Assembly (NCBI GenBank): GCA_041649955.1 | Contig: JBAZMD010000001.1 | Span: 4,079 to 68,078, forward strand | DNA: 64,000 nt | Source: Patescibacteria group bacterium | GTDB lineage: Bacteria; Patescibacteriota; Patescibacteriia; UBA2591; JAQUPP01 | Direction of reading: 5' to 3' | In this document: piece after piece, positions 18,664 to 28,347 of the stretch | Numbering within the stretch: the stretch's first letter is position 1 | Layout of the letters: every line of letters begins with the position of its first letter | Notes under the pieces: generated by a model | Database searches by the model: none | Seen by the model: only the letters and a program-made list of their open reading frames with translations | What the model was told of the DNA's origin: nothing | Program-made: the position numbers and the translations under genes

Positions 18664-19635
18664 TTATTTTGTACTTTCTATCCTTTGCCAAATATGAGCA
18701 AAGGTTTTTTTTCTTATTTTTATTTGCCAAAAAATGGCCAACCAGAGATAAATTCTCGCCAAATAAAGCAAGATTGTCCAAAAAAATTCTTTCAAATTTT
18801 CAGGGTAAGTGAAAAATAATTTAATGCCATCGCTTATTTCTTGGTCCAAAGCGCGTGTTTTACCGCTTTCTTTTTGAGTGTAGCCGCCGGTTGAACGAAT
18901 TTTTTGTCTTAACCAATCTTTAAAATTATTAGGATATTTAATATAAACTTTGGCTTGCGGCGCGTAAACTACTTGATAACCCTGGTTTCTGACCATTTGA
19001 GTTATAACTGCGTCCTCAGCCAGCATATTCTCGGGAATTTGATCAATAATTTTTTTCAAAACGGCAAAAAGATAACCGGAACAAGGAAAATTTTTATTTT
19101 TTAATCTCATTTGATGAGCGGCAAAAGTCAAGAAATGAGACCAATAACCGAATAAATTATTGCGAGAACTGGTTGAAATCGGCTGACCGCTGACCGCCCC
19201 CACTTTGCCTTCGGCAAAAAGCGGACTGACACCGACTTGACGCTGACTTACACTGAAATTGTCCGTATAAGTCTGTGTTTCGTCTGCGTAAGTCTGCGCA
19301 TCGGAATGAAATTCCGATGTGGAAAAAGGAGCTGTTAAATATTCCAAATCTTCTTTTTTTATTTTAACATCACCGTCGCTTAAAATTAAAATTTCTCCCC
19401 TTGCTTGTTGGAAGGCTAAATTTAAAGCAGCCGGCTTGCCTTTTCCTTCATCTTTTAAATATTTTATAACAGGAAACCTTATTTGAAATTCTTTGGCTAT
19501 TTTTTCTGATTCTTCGTCTGGACCGACAACTAAAATTTCATCATCCGCTTTTAATAAATTGGAATCCAAAAACGACTGAATGGCTTGGGGCAAACTCTTC
19601 GGTTCTTTGTTGGTGGTGATAATAATAGAAATCAT
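18664..19635 (-). CDS. Glycosyltransferase family 2
   Basis: N-terminal IIITTNKEP...DDEILVV...D-x-D pattern of GT-A/GT2 enzymes. Confidence 0.7.
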   Translation of the reverse strand: MISIIITTNKEPKSLPQAIQSFLDSNLLKADDEILVVGPDEESEKIAKEFQIRFPVIKYLKDEGKGKPAALNLAFQQARGEILILSDGDVKIKKEDLEYLTAPFSTSEFHSDAQTYADETQTYTDNFSVSQRQVGVSPLFAEGKVGAVSGQPISTSSRNNLFGYWSHFLTFAAHQMRLKNKNFPCSGYLFAVLKKIIDQIPENMLAEDAVITQMVRNQGYQVVYAPQAKVYIKYPNNFKDWLRQKIRSTGGYTQKESGKTRALDQEISDGIKLFFTYPENLKEFFWTILLYLARIYLWLAIFWQIKIRKKTFAHIWQRIESTK

Positions 19636-19764
19636 TGTTTGTAATTAAATCATTTTTACTGGTTTAAGTATATCATTTTTTACGTCTTTTATTAAGTGGA
19701 TAAATAATCTAAAATTATAAAAGGCCTAATCGTAAACTAAAGATTAAGCCTTTATTATTTTCGT

Positions 19765-20238
19765 CTAAAGAGCCGTTAAACGCTCTTTTATCTCTTTTAA
19801 AACAAGAAAAAAATATTTTTCCTTTTCTTCGGCAGTTTTCCCTTCTAGGAATACTGCCAATCTGCAAGATAATAATTTTAATTTTTGTCCTTCTGGGAAA
19901 AATAAATTTTTCACAATTTTAATTTCTTCCTCGCTTATTTCCCACCCTTTCTCTATTATCAACTTCTTTTCTTTTAATTGCAGTTTCCATGTCTCCAAAA
20001 TAATAACAATATAGCATACTCTTTGCTTAAAATTATCTTGGGGTAATAGAAACTTAACTAATTTTGTTACAAATTCTTTAGTCAAATTCAACTCTTCTTC
20101 TTTTTTTGACTTAAAGAGTTTCTTGATTTTTTGAATTTCCGAATAATTATTTTCCACAACCACGGGAACATCTTTTAAAGAAAAATGTTTATCCTTTTTC
20201 TCGAGTAATGCGGAATTTGTATTTGACATGTTACTCAC
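19765..20238 (-). CDS. Hypothetical protein
   Basis: GGGAGGTGA ribosome-binding site 6 nt upstream of the ATG. A GGGTTGACA -35-like box is supplied by the end of repeat copy B. Confidence 0.5.
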   Translation of the reverse strand: MSNMSNTNSALLEKKDKHFSLKDVPVVVENNYSEIQKIKKLFKSKKEEELNLTKEFVTKLVKFLLPQDNFKQRVCYIVIILETWKLQLKEKKLIIEKGWEISEEEIKIVKNLFFPEGQKLKLLSCRLAVFLEGKTAEEKEKYFFLVLKEIKERLTAL

Positions 20239-20323
20239 CTCCCTTTTTATTTATTTTTCATTTTTTTGTTATTTTTTGGTAAAGAACCTATATAATAAAA
20301 ATGTAGCACAAAATTAGCTTTTT

Positions 20324-20445
20324 GTCAACCCCGTTAGAAGTTCATCTATAAACCATTGATATATAAATGCTTAAGGCGAAGCCGTTTTTGCAACTCTAAT
20401 TATCTAAAATATCAAGACTTGTGCCAAACTTCTGACGGGGTCAAG
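20324..20445 (-). repeat. Intergenic repeat family 1, copy B (reverse orientation relative to copy A)
   Basis: Reverse complement aligns with 9290-9411 at about 85% identity, including both termini and the internal GC hairpin. Confidence 0.7.
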
Positions 20446-20446
20446 T

Positions 20447-21289
20447 TCATAATACCAGACCTAATAAATATCCAATAATAGAAAATAAGGCAATGGGCGG
20501 AAGAGCGGGAATCGGCTGGCGATTTGATTGGCGGATAAAAATCCAAAAGCTTGCTAAAAGTCCGATTAAGGCAAAGATGGCCACGATCAAAACATCTATA
20601 ATCCCCTTTCCGGCCAAAGACGCGCACAAAAGCAGAGGAAAAATAATGTCGCCGCCGCCTAAAATTAAAAAATCTCCGCCCGGTTGCACTTTTTTTAAAT
20701 TTTCCTTAAAATCTCTAAAATTGGACGGAATGATAAAACCTAAAATAGCATGGCTTTTAATCATTTCTTTGGCCATTTTAATCATGTGTTTTGTTTTATA
20801 AACAGCGATAAAATCGTAAACGGAAAAAATCAATAAAAGCAAAACCACTTCCAAAGGCTTTAACTCCAAGCCTATTACAGCACCAATGCTCGATATTGCC
20901 AAAATCACCGATAAATCATGAATTAAAACCGTCGGCTTGATTAACCAAATTGAAATTAAAATAACTATTAAAATCAAAGCAAAAATACTTGGCATCCATA
21001 AATTCAATAAAATAAATCCGCCCGAAAATACGGCTAAAATAAAAATAATTTTAAATATTATATCTTTAACTCTGCCAGCCTTTGCGCCTAATATGGAAAT
21101 AATGAAAATAAATAAAGTAGCTGACAAGAATTGTCCCATAAACTGCCAAATATTAAGCGGTGGAAGGCTGACAGCGCCCAATGTAAAAAACGAACGCAAT
21201 TTAAAAACAGCTGATATTCCCAATCCCAAAGTTAAAACAAACAAAAATGCTTCCCAAAAACAAATAGATTTTTTGTTGAAATTCATCAT
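20447..21289 (-). CDS. Presenilin / signal-peptide-peptidase-like intramembrane aspartyl protease homologue (A22-like)
   Basis: Polytopic membrane protein carrying, in the canonical order, YD (FSVYDFIAV), GxGD (LGGGDI) and PAL (QPIPALPP) motifs. Confidence 0.55.
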   Translation of the reverse strand: MMNFNKKSICFWEAFLFVLTLGLGISAVFKLRSFFTLGAVSLPPLNIWQFMGQFLSATLFIFIISILGAKAGRVKDIIFKIIFILAVFSGGFILLNLWMPSIFALILIVILISIWLIKPTVLIHDLSVILAISSIGAVIGLELKPLEVVLLLLIFSVYDFIAVYKTKHMIKMAKEMIKSHAILGFIIPSNFRDFKENLKKVQPGGDFLILGGGDIIFPLLLCASLAGKGIIDVLIVAIFALIGLLASFWIFIRQSNRQPIPALPPIALFSIIGYLLGLVL

Positions 21290-21323
21290 TCAAACATTTT
21301 AACATAGAATTCAGCCCTTGACC

Positions 21324-21352
21324 ATAAGTCATAAATATAATAAAATGTAGTA
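21324..21352 (+). promoter_or_regulatory. Promoter-like sequence TTGACC-17-TAAAAT
   Basis: ttgaccataagtcataaatataataaaat upstream of the 21357 ORF. Confidence 0.35.
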
Positions 21353-21356
21353 TTCT

Positions 21357-22712
21357 ATGTCTCTTATAAAGAAAATTGCCGTTTTATCAATTCTTGTTTT
21401 AACCAGTTTTAATTGGCCGTTAATATGCCGGGCCGAAGTTTTTTTTAATCCAAATTCCATTATTTCCGATCATGATTTGACTGATTATCAAAGTATGACC
21501 TTGGAAGAAATTCAAAAATTTTTGGAAAATGCCGGCGGAACGCTTGATACATATCAATGCACGGATATAGACGGCAGAAAAAAATTGGCTTCAGAAATAA
21601 TTTATCGAGCCGCTCAAGAATACAAAGTTAATCCTCAAATTATCATTACCGTGCTTCAGAAAGAACAAACTCTTGTTTCGCAGCCTCCAAAAAAATCTTC
21701 GCAATACGATTGGGCAACCGGATTCGGATGTTATGATTATCGCAAGCCTGTTCAGCGTTTTTCCGGTTTTGCCACGCAAGTTGATCGCGCCGCTTGGCGA
21801 TTGCGTTATTTTTTAGAGCATCCTTGGGAATTTTTTTACCGTGCCGGACAAACATATAAAATAAGCCGCCAAAAAGTGAGTCCGCAAAACTCGGCCACTG
21901 CCGCTCTTTATAATTACACGCCCTACGTTACGGGTAATAAATTATTTTGGTCTATTTGGCAAAAATGGTTTGTTAAAAAAACAGAGTCTAAATTTGCCGA
22001 CGGAACGCTTTTGAAGGCCAAAGGAGACAACGGCGTCTGGCTTATTCAGAACAACCAGCGCCGGCCATTTTATTCAAAAACTGTTTTCTTGCTTAATCAT
22101 AGTTTTAAAAATGTGAGAGAAGTAAGCATTGAAGAGCTCAAGAGTTTTGAAATCGGCGAGCCGATGACGTTTCCAAATTATTCGCTCGTTGAAGCTTCCA
22201 GTGGAGAAATTTTTATGTTAATTGACGGCGCGAAACGTTCCATATCGGAAAAAATATTCAAAGCTATTGGATTTAATCCGGAAGAAATTATCAAGGTTGA
22301 AACAAACGATTTAACGACCTATAAATACGGCGCGCCGATACGCACTCCCTATCCTTCAGGCGCCTTGCTTCAAGATAAGGCCTCTAAAAGCGTTTATTAC
22401 GTAGAAGAAGACATAAAATACCCTATTGTTGACCAGTCCATTTTAGACGTAAATTTCCCCTATTTTCACATTGTTAAAGCTGAATCAAAATACTTGTCTG
22501 AATTTAAAAATGGCGAACCGGTTAAATTCAGAGACGGGACTCTGGTTAAAACCACCAATGAACCGAATGTTTATTTAATAACTCAAGGACAGCGCATGCC
22601 TATTCCTTCTGAAGAAATTTTTGACGCTTTGGGTTATCAATGGAGCGCTATTTTAATCATTCCGGAAACAGTATTATTTATGTATCCTTTAGGCGAACCG
22701 TTAAAAATTTAA
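21357..22712 (+). CDS. Secreted hypothetical protein with four tandem repeats of about 60 aa
   Basis: Signal peptide. Repeated DGTLxK...VYLIxxGQRxPIxS-type modules appear four times. No family recognised. Confidence 0.55.
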   Translation: MSLIKKIAVLSILVLTSFNWPLICRAEVFFNPNSIISDHDLTDYQSMTLEEIQKFLENAGGTLDTYQCTDIDGRKKLASEIIYRAAQEYKVNPQIIITVLQKEQTLVSQPPKKSSQYDWATGFGCYDYRKPVQRFSGFATQVDRAAWRLRYFLEHPWEFFYRAGQTYKISRQKVSPQNSATAALYNYTPYVTGNKLFWSIWQKWFVKKTESKFADGTLLKAKGDNGVWLIQNNQRRPFYSKTVFLLNHSFKNVREVSIEELKSFEIGEPMTFPNYSLVEASSGEIFMLIDGAKRSISEKIFKAIGFNPEEIIKVETNDLTTYKYGAPIRTPYPSGALLQDKASKSVYYVEEDIKYPIVDQSILDVNFPYFHIVKAESKYLSEFKNGEPVKFRDGTLVKTTNEPNVYLITQGQRMPIPSEEIFDALGYQWSAILIIPETVLFMYPLGEPLKI

Positions 22713-22755
22713 TTCCTAAAAAGCTAATAAGCTAACTTCCTAAAAAGCTAATTTT

Positions 22756-23562
22756 ATGATTTCTTTTGCCGCAATTATCCCTCATCATCCCATTCTCATT
22801 CCGTCTATTGGCCAAGAAAAACTTGAAATGGCCAAAAAGACCGTTGAAGCAATGGAAAAATTAAAAAATAAATTGGTTAAAATTAAACCTGATATAATTA
22901 TTGTTATTTCTCCTCACGGTTTGATTTTTGCCGATGCTTTTTGTTTAAACTTGGCTGAAAAATATTTCGGCAGCCTTGAATTATTCGGTGATTTAACCAC
23001 CAAGATGGAATTTAAAAGCGATTCAAAATTAACATACAGAATTAGAGAACATTTTGAAACTGCCAATCCCCCTCCTTTTTTAACAATGATCAGTGAACAA
23101 AATTTGGATTATGGCGTTACGGTACCGTTATATTATTTAACGCAAAAAACACCATCAACCAATGATTATATTTCAAATTTTTCTATTATTCCAATTGGTG
23201 TTTCCGGACTGGATTATCAAAAGCATTTTGAATTCGGGCAAGGATTAAAAGAAGAAATTATGCAGAGCGATAAAAAAATCGCCGTTATCGCTTCCGGAGA
23301 TTTATCTCATGCCTTAAACCAAACGGAAAATCCCGTTGAAAATAAATTTGACAAGCAATTAATTAAATTTCTCAAACAAAAAAATACTGATAAAATCATA
23401 AATTTTGATCCGAATTTCGTTCAAGAAGCCAAAGAATGCGGCTTGCGTCCGATTATTGTTCTTTTGGGTATTCTGGACAATTTAAATTATAAACCCGAAA
23501 TACTTTCCTATGAAGCGCCGTTTGGCGTTGGTACTTTAGTGGCTCATTTCAAAATTTCTTAA
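22756..23562 (+). CDS. Class III extradiol dioxygenase superfamily protein (LigB / Memo-like fold), function unknown
   Basis: AAIIPHHPILIP...VISPHGLIF pattern reminiscent of the LigB/MEMO1 superfamily. Weak assignment. Confidence 0.45.
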   Translation: MISFAAIIPHHPILIPSIGQEKLEMAKKTVEAMEKLKNKLVKIKPDIIIVISPHGLIFADAFCLNLAEKYFGSLELFGDLTTKMEFKSDSKLTYRIREHFETANPPPFLTMISEQNLDYGVTVPLYYLTQKTPSTNDYISNFSIIPIGVSGLDYQKHFEFGQGLKEEIMQSDKKIAVIASGDLSHALNQTENPVENKFDKQLIKFLKQKNTDKIINFDPNFVQEAKECGLRPIIVLLGILDNLNYKPEILSYEAPFGVGTLVAHFKIS

Positions 23563-23606
23563 AACGTGCTATAATAATTTAATTAATAATTTTAATTTAT
23601 AAAAAT

Positions 23607-24164
23607 ATGCCTACTTATCTTTGGGTTATCGTTGTCATAATTATTTGGTTTGTTTGGTGGATTATTTCCACTTATAACGGCTTGATTACTTGGCACAATC
23701 GAGTAAATGAATCTTGGTCTGATATTGACGTCCAACTTAAACGAAGATACGACCTTATTCCGAATTTAGTTAATGCCGTCAAAGGATACGCGGCTCATGA
23801 GAAAGAAACATTTGAAAATGTCACTCAAGCTCGAACTCAAGCCATGGGAGCGCAAACATTATCGCAAAAAGCTGAAGCGGAAGATGGTTTAACCGGCGCT
23901 TTGAAAACTTTATTCGCCGTGGCTGAAAATTATCCCCAATTAAGAGCTTCGGAAAATTTTCAAAAATTGCAAGACGAACTGACTGATACGGAAAATAAAA
24001 TTCAAGCTTCCCGCAGATTTTATAACAGCAATGCCAGAGATTTCAATGTCAAATGCGAAGTATTTCCGTCCAATTTAATCGCCGGAAAACTCGGTTTTAA
24101 AACAGTGGAGTTTTTCGAACTTAAAGAAGAAGCGGCTAAAACAGCCCCGAAAGTTGAATTCTAA
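23607..24164 (+). CDS. LemA family protein
   Basis: N-terminal TM helix followed by the conserved LemA core (NRVNESWSDIDVQLKRRYDLIPNLV...). Confidence 0.8.
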   Translation: MPTYLWVIVVIIIWFVWWIISTYNGLITWHNRVNESWSDIDVQLKRRYDLIPNLVNAVKGYAAHEKETFENVTQARTQAMGAQTLSQKAEAEDGLTGALKTLFAVAENYPQLRASENFQKLQDELTDTENKIQASRRFYNSNARDFNVKCEVFPSNLIAGKLGFKTVEFFELKEEAAKTAPKVEF

Positions 24165-24179
24165 ATTTCAGACAATTTT

Positions 24180-24215
24180 AAAAGCCCTCTCAATTATTGA
24201 GGGGGCTTTTTTGTT
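24180..24215. terminator. Bidirectional terminator hairpin
   Basis: gccctctcaat...attgagggggc followed by a T-run, between convergent genes. Confidence 0.5.
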
Positions 24216-24228
24216 AATTTAACACAAA

Positions 24229-25008
24229 TTATTTTTTACCCATTTCTTTATTCCATTTTTTTAAAATTTTTCCAATATTTGTATAATAATTAGGATTAAA
24301 ATCCGGCACAGGCTTGTAAATATCTATTTCTTTCCATTGCACCGATGTCTCCAATAATAAAGGCGCGGATTGTTCAACTATCTCTTTGCAATTAAGCCAA
24401 TATTTTTTATCGGCGAAGGGACGCAACTTATTCTCATTTCCCGTATCCGTAGTGCTGACATTTACGAAAACGCCCCTGATAAGCCCTCTATAAGAATCTT
24501 TTTGGGTTATGTACCAAATAAAATTTTTTAATTTATTTTTTGCTTTTGTATATGAATGCCAAAACCGTACATTGTATCTATCGCTTATTGATCCGAACGC
24601 GCATATTGCCAGAGAAATAAAATTATTATTTTTCGCTTCTTTTCCAAGCTTAACAATAAGAGGATTAACAACATTCAAAAAAGTTTCTACGTTTGATTTA
24701 TATATTTCGTCGTCTATCCCGTCATTATTTGCGTCTATCTCCGGCCTTCCGGTTTTTTCAAATTTAAATTTACCAACGGGATGAATAAAAATGACATCTG
24801 ATATTCCTGATAAATCAATATTTTCTATTTCTGCCTTTATTTTTTTGGCATTAAGCAAGTCAGCATTAATGACAGATATATTTGTGATATTTGCCCGAAA
24901 TTCAGAACGAACAATGGCAACACATTTAATATCTGTCTTATTCTTAAAATAATTAAGATAAGCGATTCCAAGCGCGCCATTAGCTCCTGAAATAATAATA
25001 AGTCTCAT
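24229..25008 (-). CDS. NAD(P)-binding Rossmann-fold protein (SDR / epimerase-like), function unknown
   Basis: N-terminal IIISGANGALG glycine-rich dinucleotide-binding motif. Confidence 0.5.
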   Translation of the reverse strand: MRLIIISGANGALGIAYLNYFKNKTDIKCVAIVRSEFRANITNISVINADLLNAKKIKAEIENIDLSGISDVIFIHPVGKFKFEKTGRPEIDANNDGIDDEIYKSNVETFLNVVNPLIVKLGKEAKNNNFISLAICAFGSISDRYNVRFWHSYTKAKNKLKNFIWYITQKDSYRGLIRGVFVNVSTTDTGNENKLRPFADKKYWLNCKEIVEQSAPLLLETSVQWKEIDIYKPVPDFNPNYYTNIGKILKKWNKEMGKK

Positions 25009-25084
25009 ATTTTAATTTTTTTTAAAAATAGTAACAATAATAATATACTCAATTAATAATAATTTGTCTAGAGAATAAAAAACC

Positions 25085-25112
25085 CGCTAAAAAATAGCGG
25101 GAAGCAGTTGGT
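25085..25112 (-). terminator. Rho-independent terminator for the 25124-25693 gene
   Basis: On the minus strand: cccgctattttttagcggg followed by TTTTTTATT. Confidence 0.5.
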
Positions 25113-25123
25113 CTGCTTAGTCC

Positions 25124-25693
25124 TTATTTATGTTTTCTAAAAACCAATCTTGTGATAATACCGATAATAACAACTTGCAAAATCGGATATAAAGCGATTG
25201 TGATAGTCCATTCATTAATGGCAAACACATTCGCAATACTTCCGGCAAAAAATAGTCCCCAAGTTATTTTATCTTCGCCCTCAGGATCGTGGTAAGATTT
25301 CCTAATGGTCGGTAAGGCACCTATAAAATCAATAGTGATGTTCATAAAAAGCGCGATTAGCGGTGAATTAAAACACCACCAAAGCAACGCACTTAATCCC
25401 GCACCTGCAAGGCACCACCGATCAAACGGCGTCCACCCACCTTCACCATGTTTCAGCGAAAGTATGGCAATTATAAACGAACAGATGCCATAGATAAGCG
25501 GAACCCAAATTGTGTCCCGCGCTCCCGAAGCATAATAACTTATAGTAATAAGAATAGTCACCATGCTCCAGATAATCCAAGTAGCCCTGTTTGGTCTGGC
25601 TTTTTTGGATTTAATTGCAAGAACCAATGGAATGTAAGCGGCAAAGGATAAAATGCCCGCTACTATTCCAGCTATAGCTGTGATATTAGGCAT
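25124..25693 (-). CDS. Hypothetical polytopic membrane protein
   Basis: Six predicted TM helices. Start set at the Met preceded by GGGGAGGG (the track's 25720 start lies upstream of that ribosome-binding site). Confidence 0.5.
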   Translation of the reverse strand: MPNITAIAGIVAGILSFAAYIPLVLAIKSKKARPNRATWIIWSMVTILITISYYASGARDTIWVPLIYGICSFIIAILSLKHGEGGWTPFDRWCLAGAGLSALLWWCFNSPLIALFMNITIDFIGALPTIRKSYHDPEGEDKITWGLFFAGSIANVFAINEWTITIALYPILQVVIIGIITRLVFRKHK

Positions 25694-25846
25694 TTTTCCC
25701 TCCCCTTTTAAAAAATTCACTCACTTTTGATGAATGATTTATCTATATTTAATATTATAACACAAATTTCAAATTTGTCAAGAGCTTGTAGAAATAGAAT
25801 ATTTTATCTTGCCTAATTTTATAAAAGTGCTAGAATATTTTCTATT

Positions 25847-26332
25847 ATGGCTGAACAAAAATTAAAACTGCCTAAAGATAAAAAAATCAAAGTCGCCTCT
25901 CCGGCGGCTCCCAAAGAAGACAAAGGAACGGCTATTCAAGAAATAGTTAATCATTATTTTTACAGCAAAGGTTTAACGCTTGAACAAATTAAAGATGACG
26001 CGAAAAAGAAAAAAATAATTTATTCAAGGTTTACCCGGCCGGCAAAACAATTATTGGATTTAGCCGGTTCAGTGGAACAAGCCAAAACAGCCATTAATAA
26101 AGTGTCCGAATGGGCCAAGTCACGGAGACTTGATTATGCCATTGAAACAGTGTTTAAAAAATGGCTGGAACTTGATAAATTGCAGCCGAAAGAAATCGTT
26201 AAAAAACCATTTTTTCTTGACAATCCTATGGTCTGGAGCCAGACCAAGCAAAAATGGTTTGTTGTAGCCGAAGATGGAGAATGGCGCGAATTTGCCGGAG
26301 ATGACAAAGAAATTGAATGGCGAGTAAGTTAA
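25847..26332 (+). CDS. Hypothetical protein
   Basis: ORF preceded by a TTGCCT-16/17-TAGAAT promoter-like sequence. No family recognised. Confidence 0.5.
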   Translation: MAEQKLKLPKDKKIKVASPAAPKEDKGTAIQEIVNHYFYSKGLTLEQIKDDAKKKKIIYSRFTRPAKQLLDLAGSVEQAKTAINKVSEWAKSRRLDYAIETVFKKWLELDKLQPKEIVKKPFFLDNPMVWSQTKQKWFVVAEDGEWREFAGDDKEIEWRVS

Positions 26333-26406
26333 ATTAATTAAATATATAAAAAGAGCTTTCGAAACAGAAGGCTCTTTTTATATTTATGGTTATTTTTCAA
26401 TTATCT

Positions 26407-28254
26407 CTAAACTTTTACAATTTCTTTGACTTTTTTAATAATCGCCTTGGCGGAAATTTCTTCAAAATCCAATAGTTCTTCCGGCTTACCGCTGCGCGGC
26501 ATTTTTCGCACAGCTAAAGAATAAATTGACCCTGAGCCTGTCGAAGGGCCCAAAACACTTCGTACTGCTTCGCCTATTCCGCCCTCTGCAAAATGATCTT
26601 CAACAGTAATAATGGCTTTTGTTTCTTCGGCTGCTTGTTTTAAAACGGCCTCATCAATCGGCTTAATGCTGTAAAGGTCAATTATTCGGATATTAATCCC
26701 CTCTTTTTGCAATATTTCATAAGCTTTTAGCGCTTCAAAAAGAGTAATGCCGGCTGCAACTATCGTTACCGCATCTTTTTCGCTTTTCTTTAAAATTTTA
26801 CTGCCACCAATGGGGAAATTTTCATTTGATTTATAAATAATCGGTGTGGCCGAACGCGTAGTGCGCAAATAAACTATTCCTTTGAATTTTATCGCTTCTT
26901 CAACTAACTTTTCCGTGCTAATCGCGTCAGACGGATATAAAACTATACTGTTTAAAATCGTTCTAAACATGGCAATATCTTCAAGCGCCATTTGCGACGG
27001 TCCGTCTTCCCCGATGGAAACGCCGGCGTGCGAGCCGACAAATTTAATATTGGCCTCCGAATATTGCGACATTCTGATTTGATCAAAAGCTCTGGTTAAA
27101 AAAGCGCCAAAGGTCGGCACAAAAGGAATTTTCCCGCGTTTATCCAATCCCAATGCCGTACCAACCATATTTTGTTCGGCAATAAACATTTGAAAAAATC
27201 TGTTTGGAAATACTTTTTCAAAAATTTCCGAATATGTTGAATTGCCGACTTCTCCATCCAAGACAACAATTTCCGGATATTTTTCACCTAAACGAGTTAT
27301 GGCATTACCAAAAGCCTTGCGCGTAGAATAAGTTTTGTCTGAATAAAAAATATCTGACACTGCTATTATTTCCCGCCCGAGGCGGGTCAGCCTTGGGCTG
27401 ATGTTCTCCGGTAAAGCAATCACACCGCATATTTTTTTATCAATTTCGCCCAATTCTTTAAGCGCTTTTTTAAATTCATCAACAGAAAGCGTCTTGCCGT
27501 GCCAGCCGTTTTTATTTTCCAAAAAAGAAATTCCCTTGCCCTTAATAGTTTTAGCAATTATCATTATTGGCTTGTTTTTAATTTGATTGGCTTTTTTAAA
27601 AGCTTTTTCAATTTCTTTTAAATTATGTCCGTCAATGACAATTGTTTGCCAGCCAAAAGCCGAAATTCGCTTGGCATATTCTTTAACTTTATAACCGAGC
27701 ATTGTTTCCCCTTTTTGCCCTAAGCGATTCACGTCAATAATGCCGATTAAATTATCAAGTTTATAATAACTGGCCAATTCAATTGCTTCCCAAACCGAAC
27801 CTTCTGCCATTTCACTGTCGCCCAAAAGAACATAAGTGCGATAAGGCAATTTATCCAAATATTTGGCATTAATAGCCATACCGACTCCAACTGACAAACC
27901 TTGACCCAAAGAACCAGTGGCTATTTCATTATATTTAAAACGCGGCGTCGGATGACCCTCTAAAGGACTGTCAAATTTGCGCAATGTTTTGAGATTTGCT
28001 TCTGTTAAAATTCCAGCCGCAGCATAAACAGCGTAAAGCGCTGGCACAGCATGGCCTTTTGAAATAATAAATCTGTCATTATTGGCAAATTTAGGATTTT
28101 CAAGATTAGCGCGATAAAAACCGCCAAAAAATAAAACAGCCATCAAATCAGCCGCTGAAAGAGCGGAAGTTGGATGACCGGAACCTGCTTCAGTGGTGGA
28201 AAGCAAAATATAATAGCGAATCAGTTTAGATAATTTTTTTAATTTATCAATCAT
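26407..28254 (-). CDS. tkt: Transketolase (single-chain, full length)
   Basis: GHPTSALSAADLMAVLFF thiamine-diphosphate-binding N-terminal motif. About 615 aa. Confidence 0.9.
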   Translation of the reverse strand: MIDKLKKLSKLIRYYILLSTTEAGSGHPTSALSAADLMAVLFFGGFYRANLENPKFANNDRFIISKGHAVPALYAVYAAAGILTEANLKTLRKFDSPLEGHPTPRFKYNEIATGSLGQGLSVGVGMAINAKYLDKLPYRTYVLLGDSEMAEGSVWEAIELASYYKLDNLIGIIDVNRLGQKGETMLGYKVKEYAKRISAFGWQTIVIDGHNLKEIEKAFKKANQIKNKPIMIIAKTIKGKGISFLENKNGWHGKTLSVDEFKKALKELGEIDKKICGVIALPENISPRLTRLGREIIAVSDIFYSDKTYSTRKAFGNAITRLGEKYPEIVVLDGEVGNSTYSEIFEKVFPNRFFQMFIAEQNMVGTALGLDKRGKIPFVPTFGAFLTRAFDQIRMSQYSEANIKFVGSHAGVSIGEDGPSQMALEDIAMFRTILNSIVLYPSDAISTEKLVEEAIKFKGIVYLRTTRSATPIIYKSNENFPIGGSKILKKSEKDAVTIVAAGITLFEALKAYEILQKEGINIRIIDLYSIKPIDEAVLKQAAEETKAIITVEDHFAEGGIGEAVRSVLGPSTGSGSIYSLAVRKMPRSGKPEELLDFEEISAKAIIKKVKEIVKV

Positions 28255-28276
28255 ATTTTAATATAAGTTTTGAGAG

Positions 28277-28297
28277 TCCGGAGGTCCGACCTCCGGA
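28277..28297. repeat. GC-rich perfect palindrome tccggaggtc-c-gacctccgga in the divergent tkt/fmt promoter region
   Basis: 10+1+10 palindrome. A 17-mer from it (cggaggtccgacctccg) recurs inside prmC at 43816-43832. Confidence 0.6.
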
Positions 28298-28347
28298 GGA
28301 CCCGGAGGACTTGCCTTGAGATTAAATATACTTTATAATTTAATGAT

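Noticed and set aside
26407-28254. Expectation of a split transketolase (N and C halves as separate genes), as in some reduced genomes
   Set aside because: A single 615-aa ORF covers both halves in one frame, so tkt is not split here.
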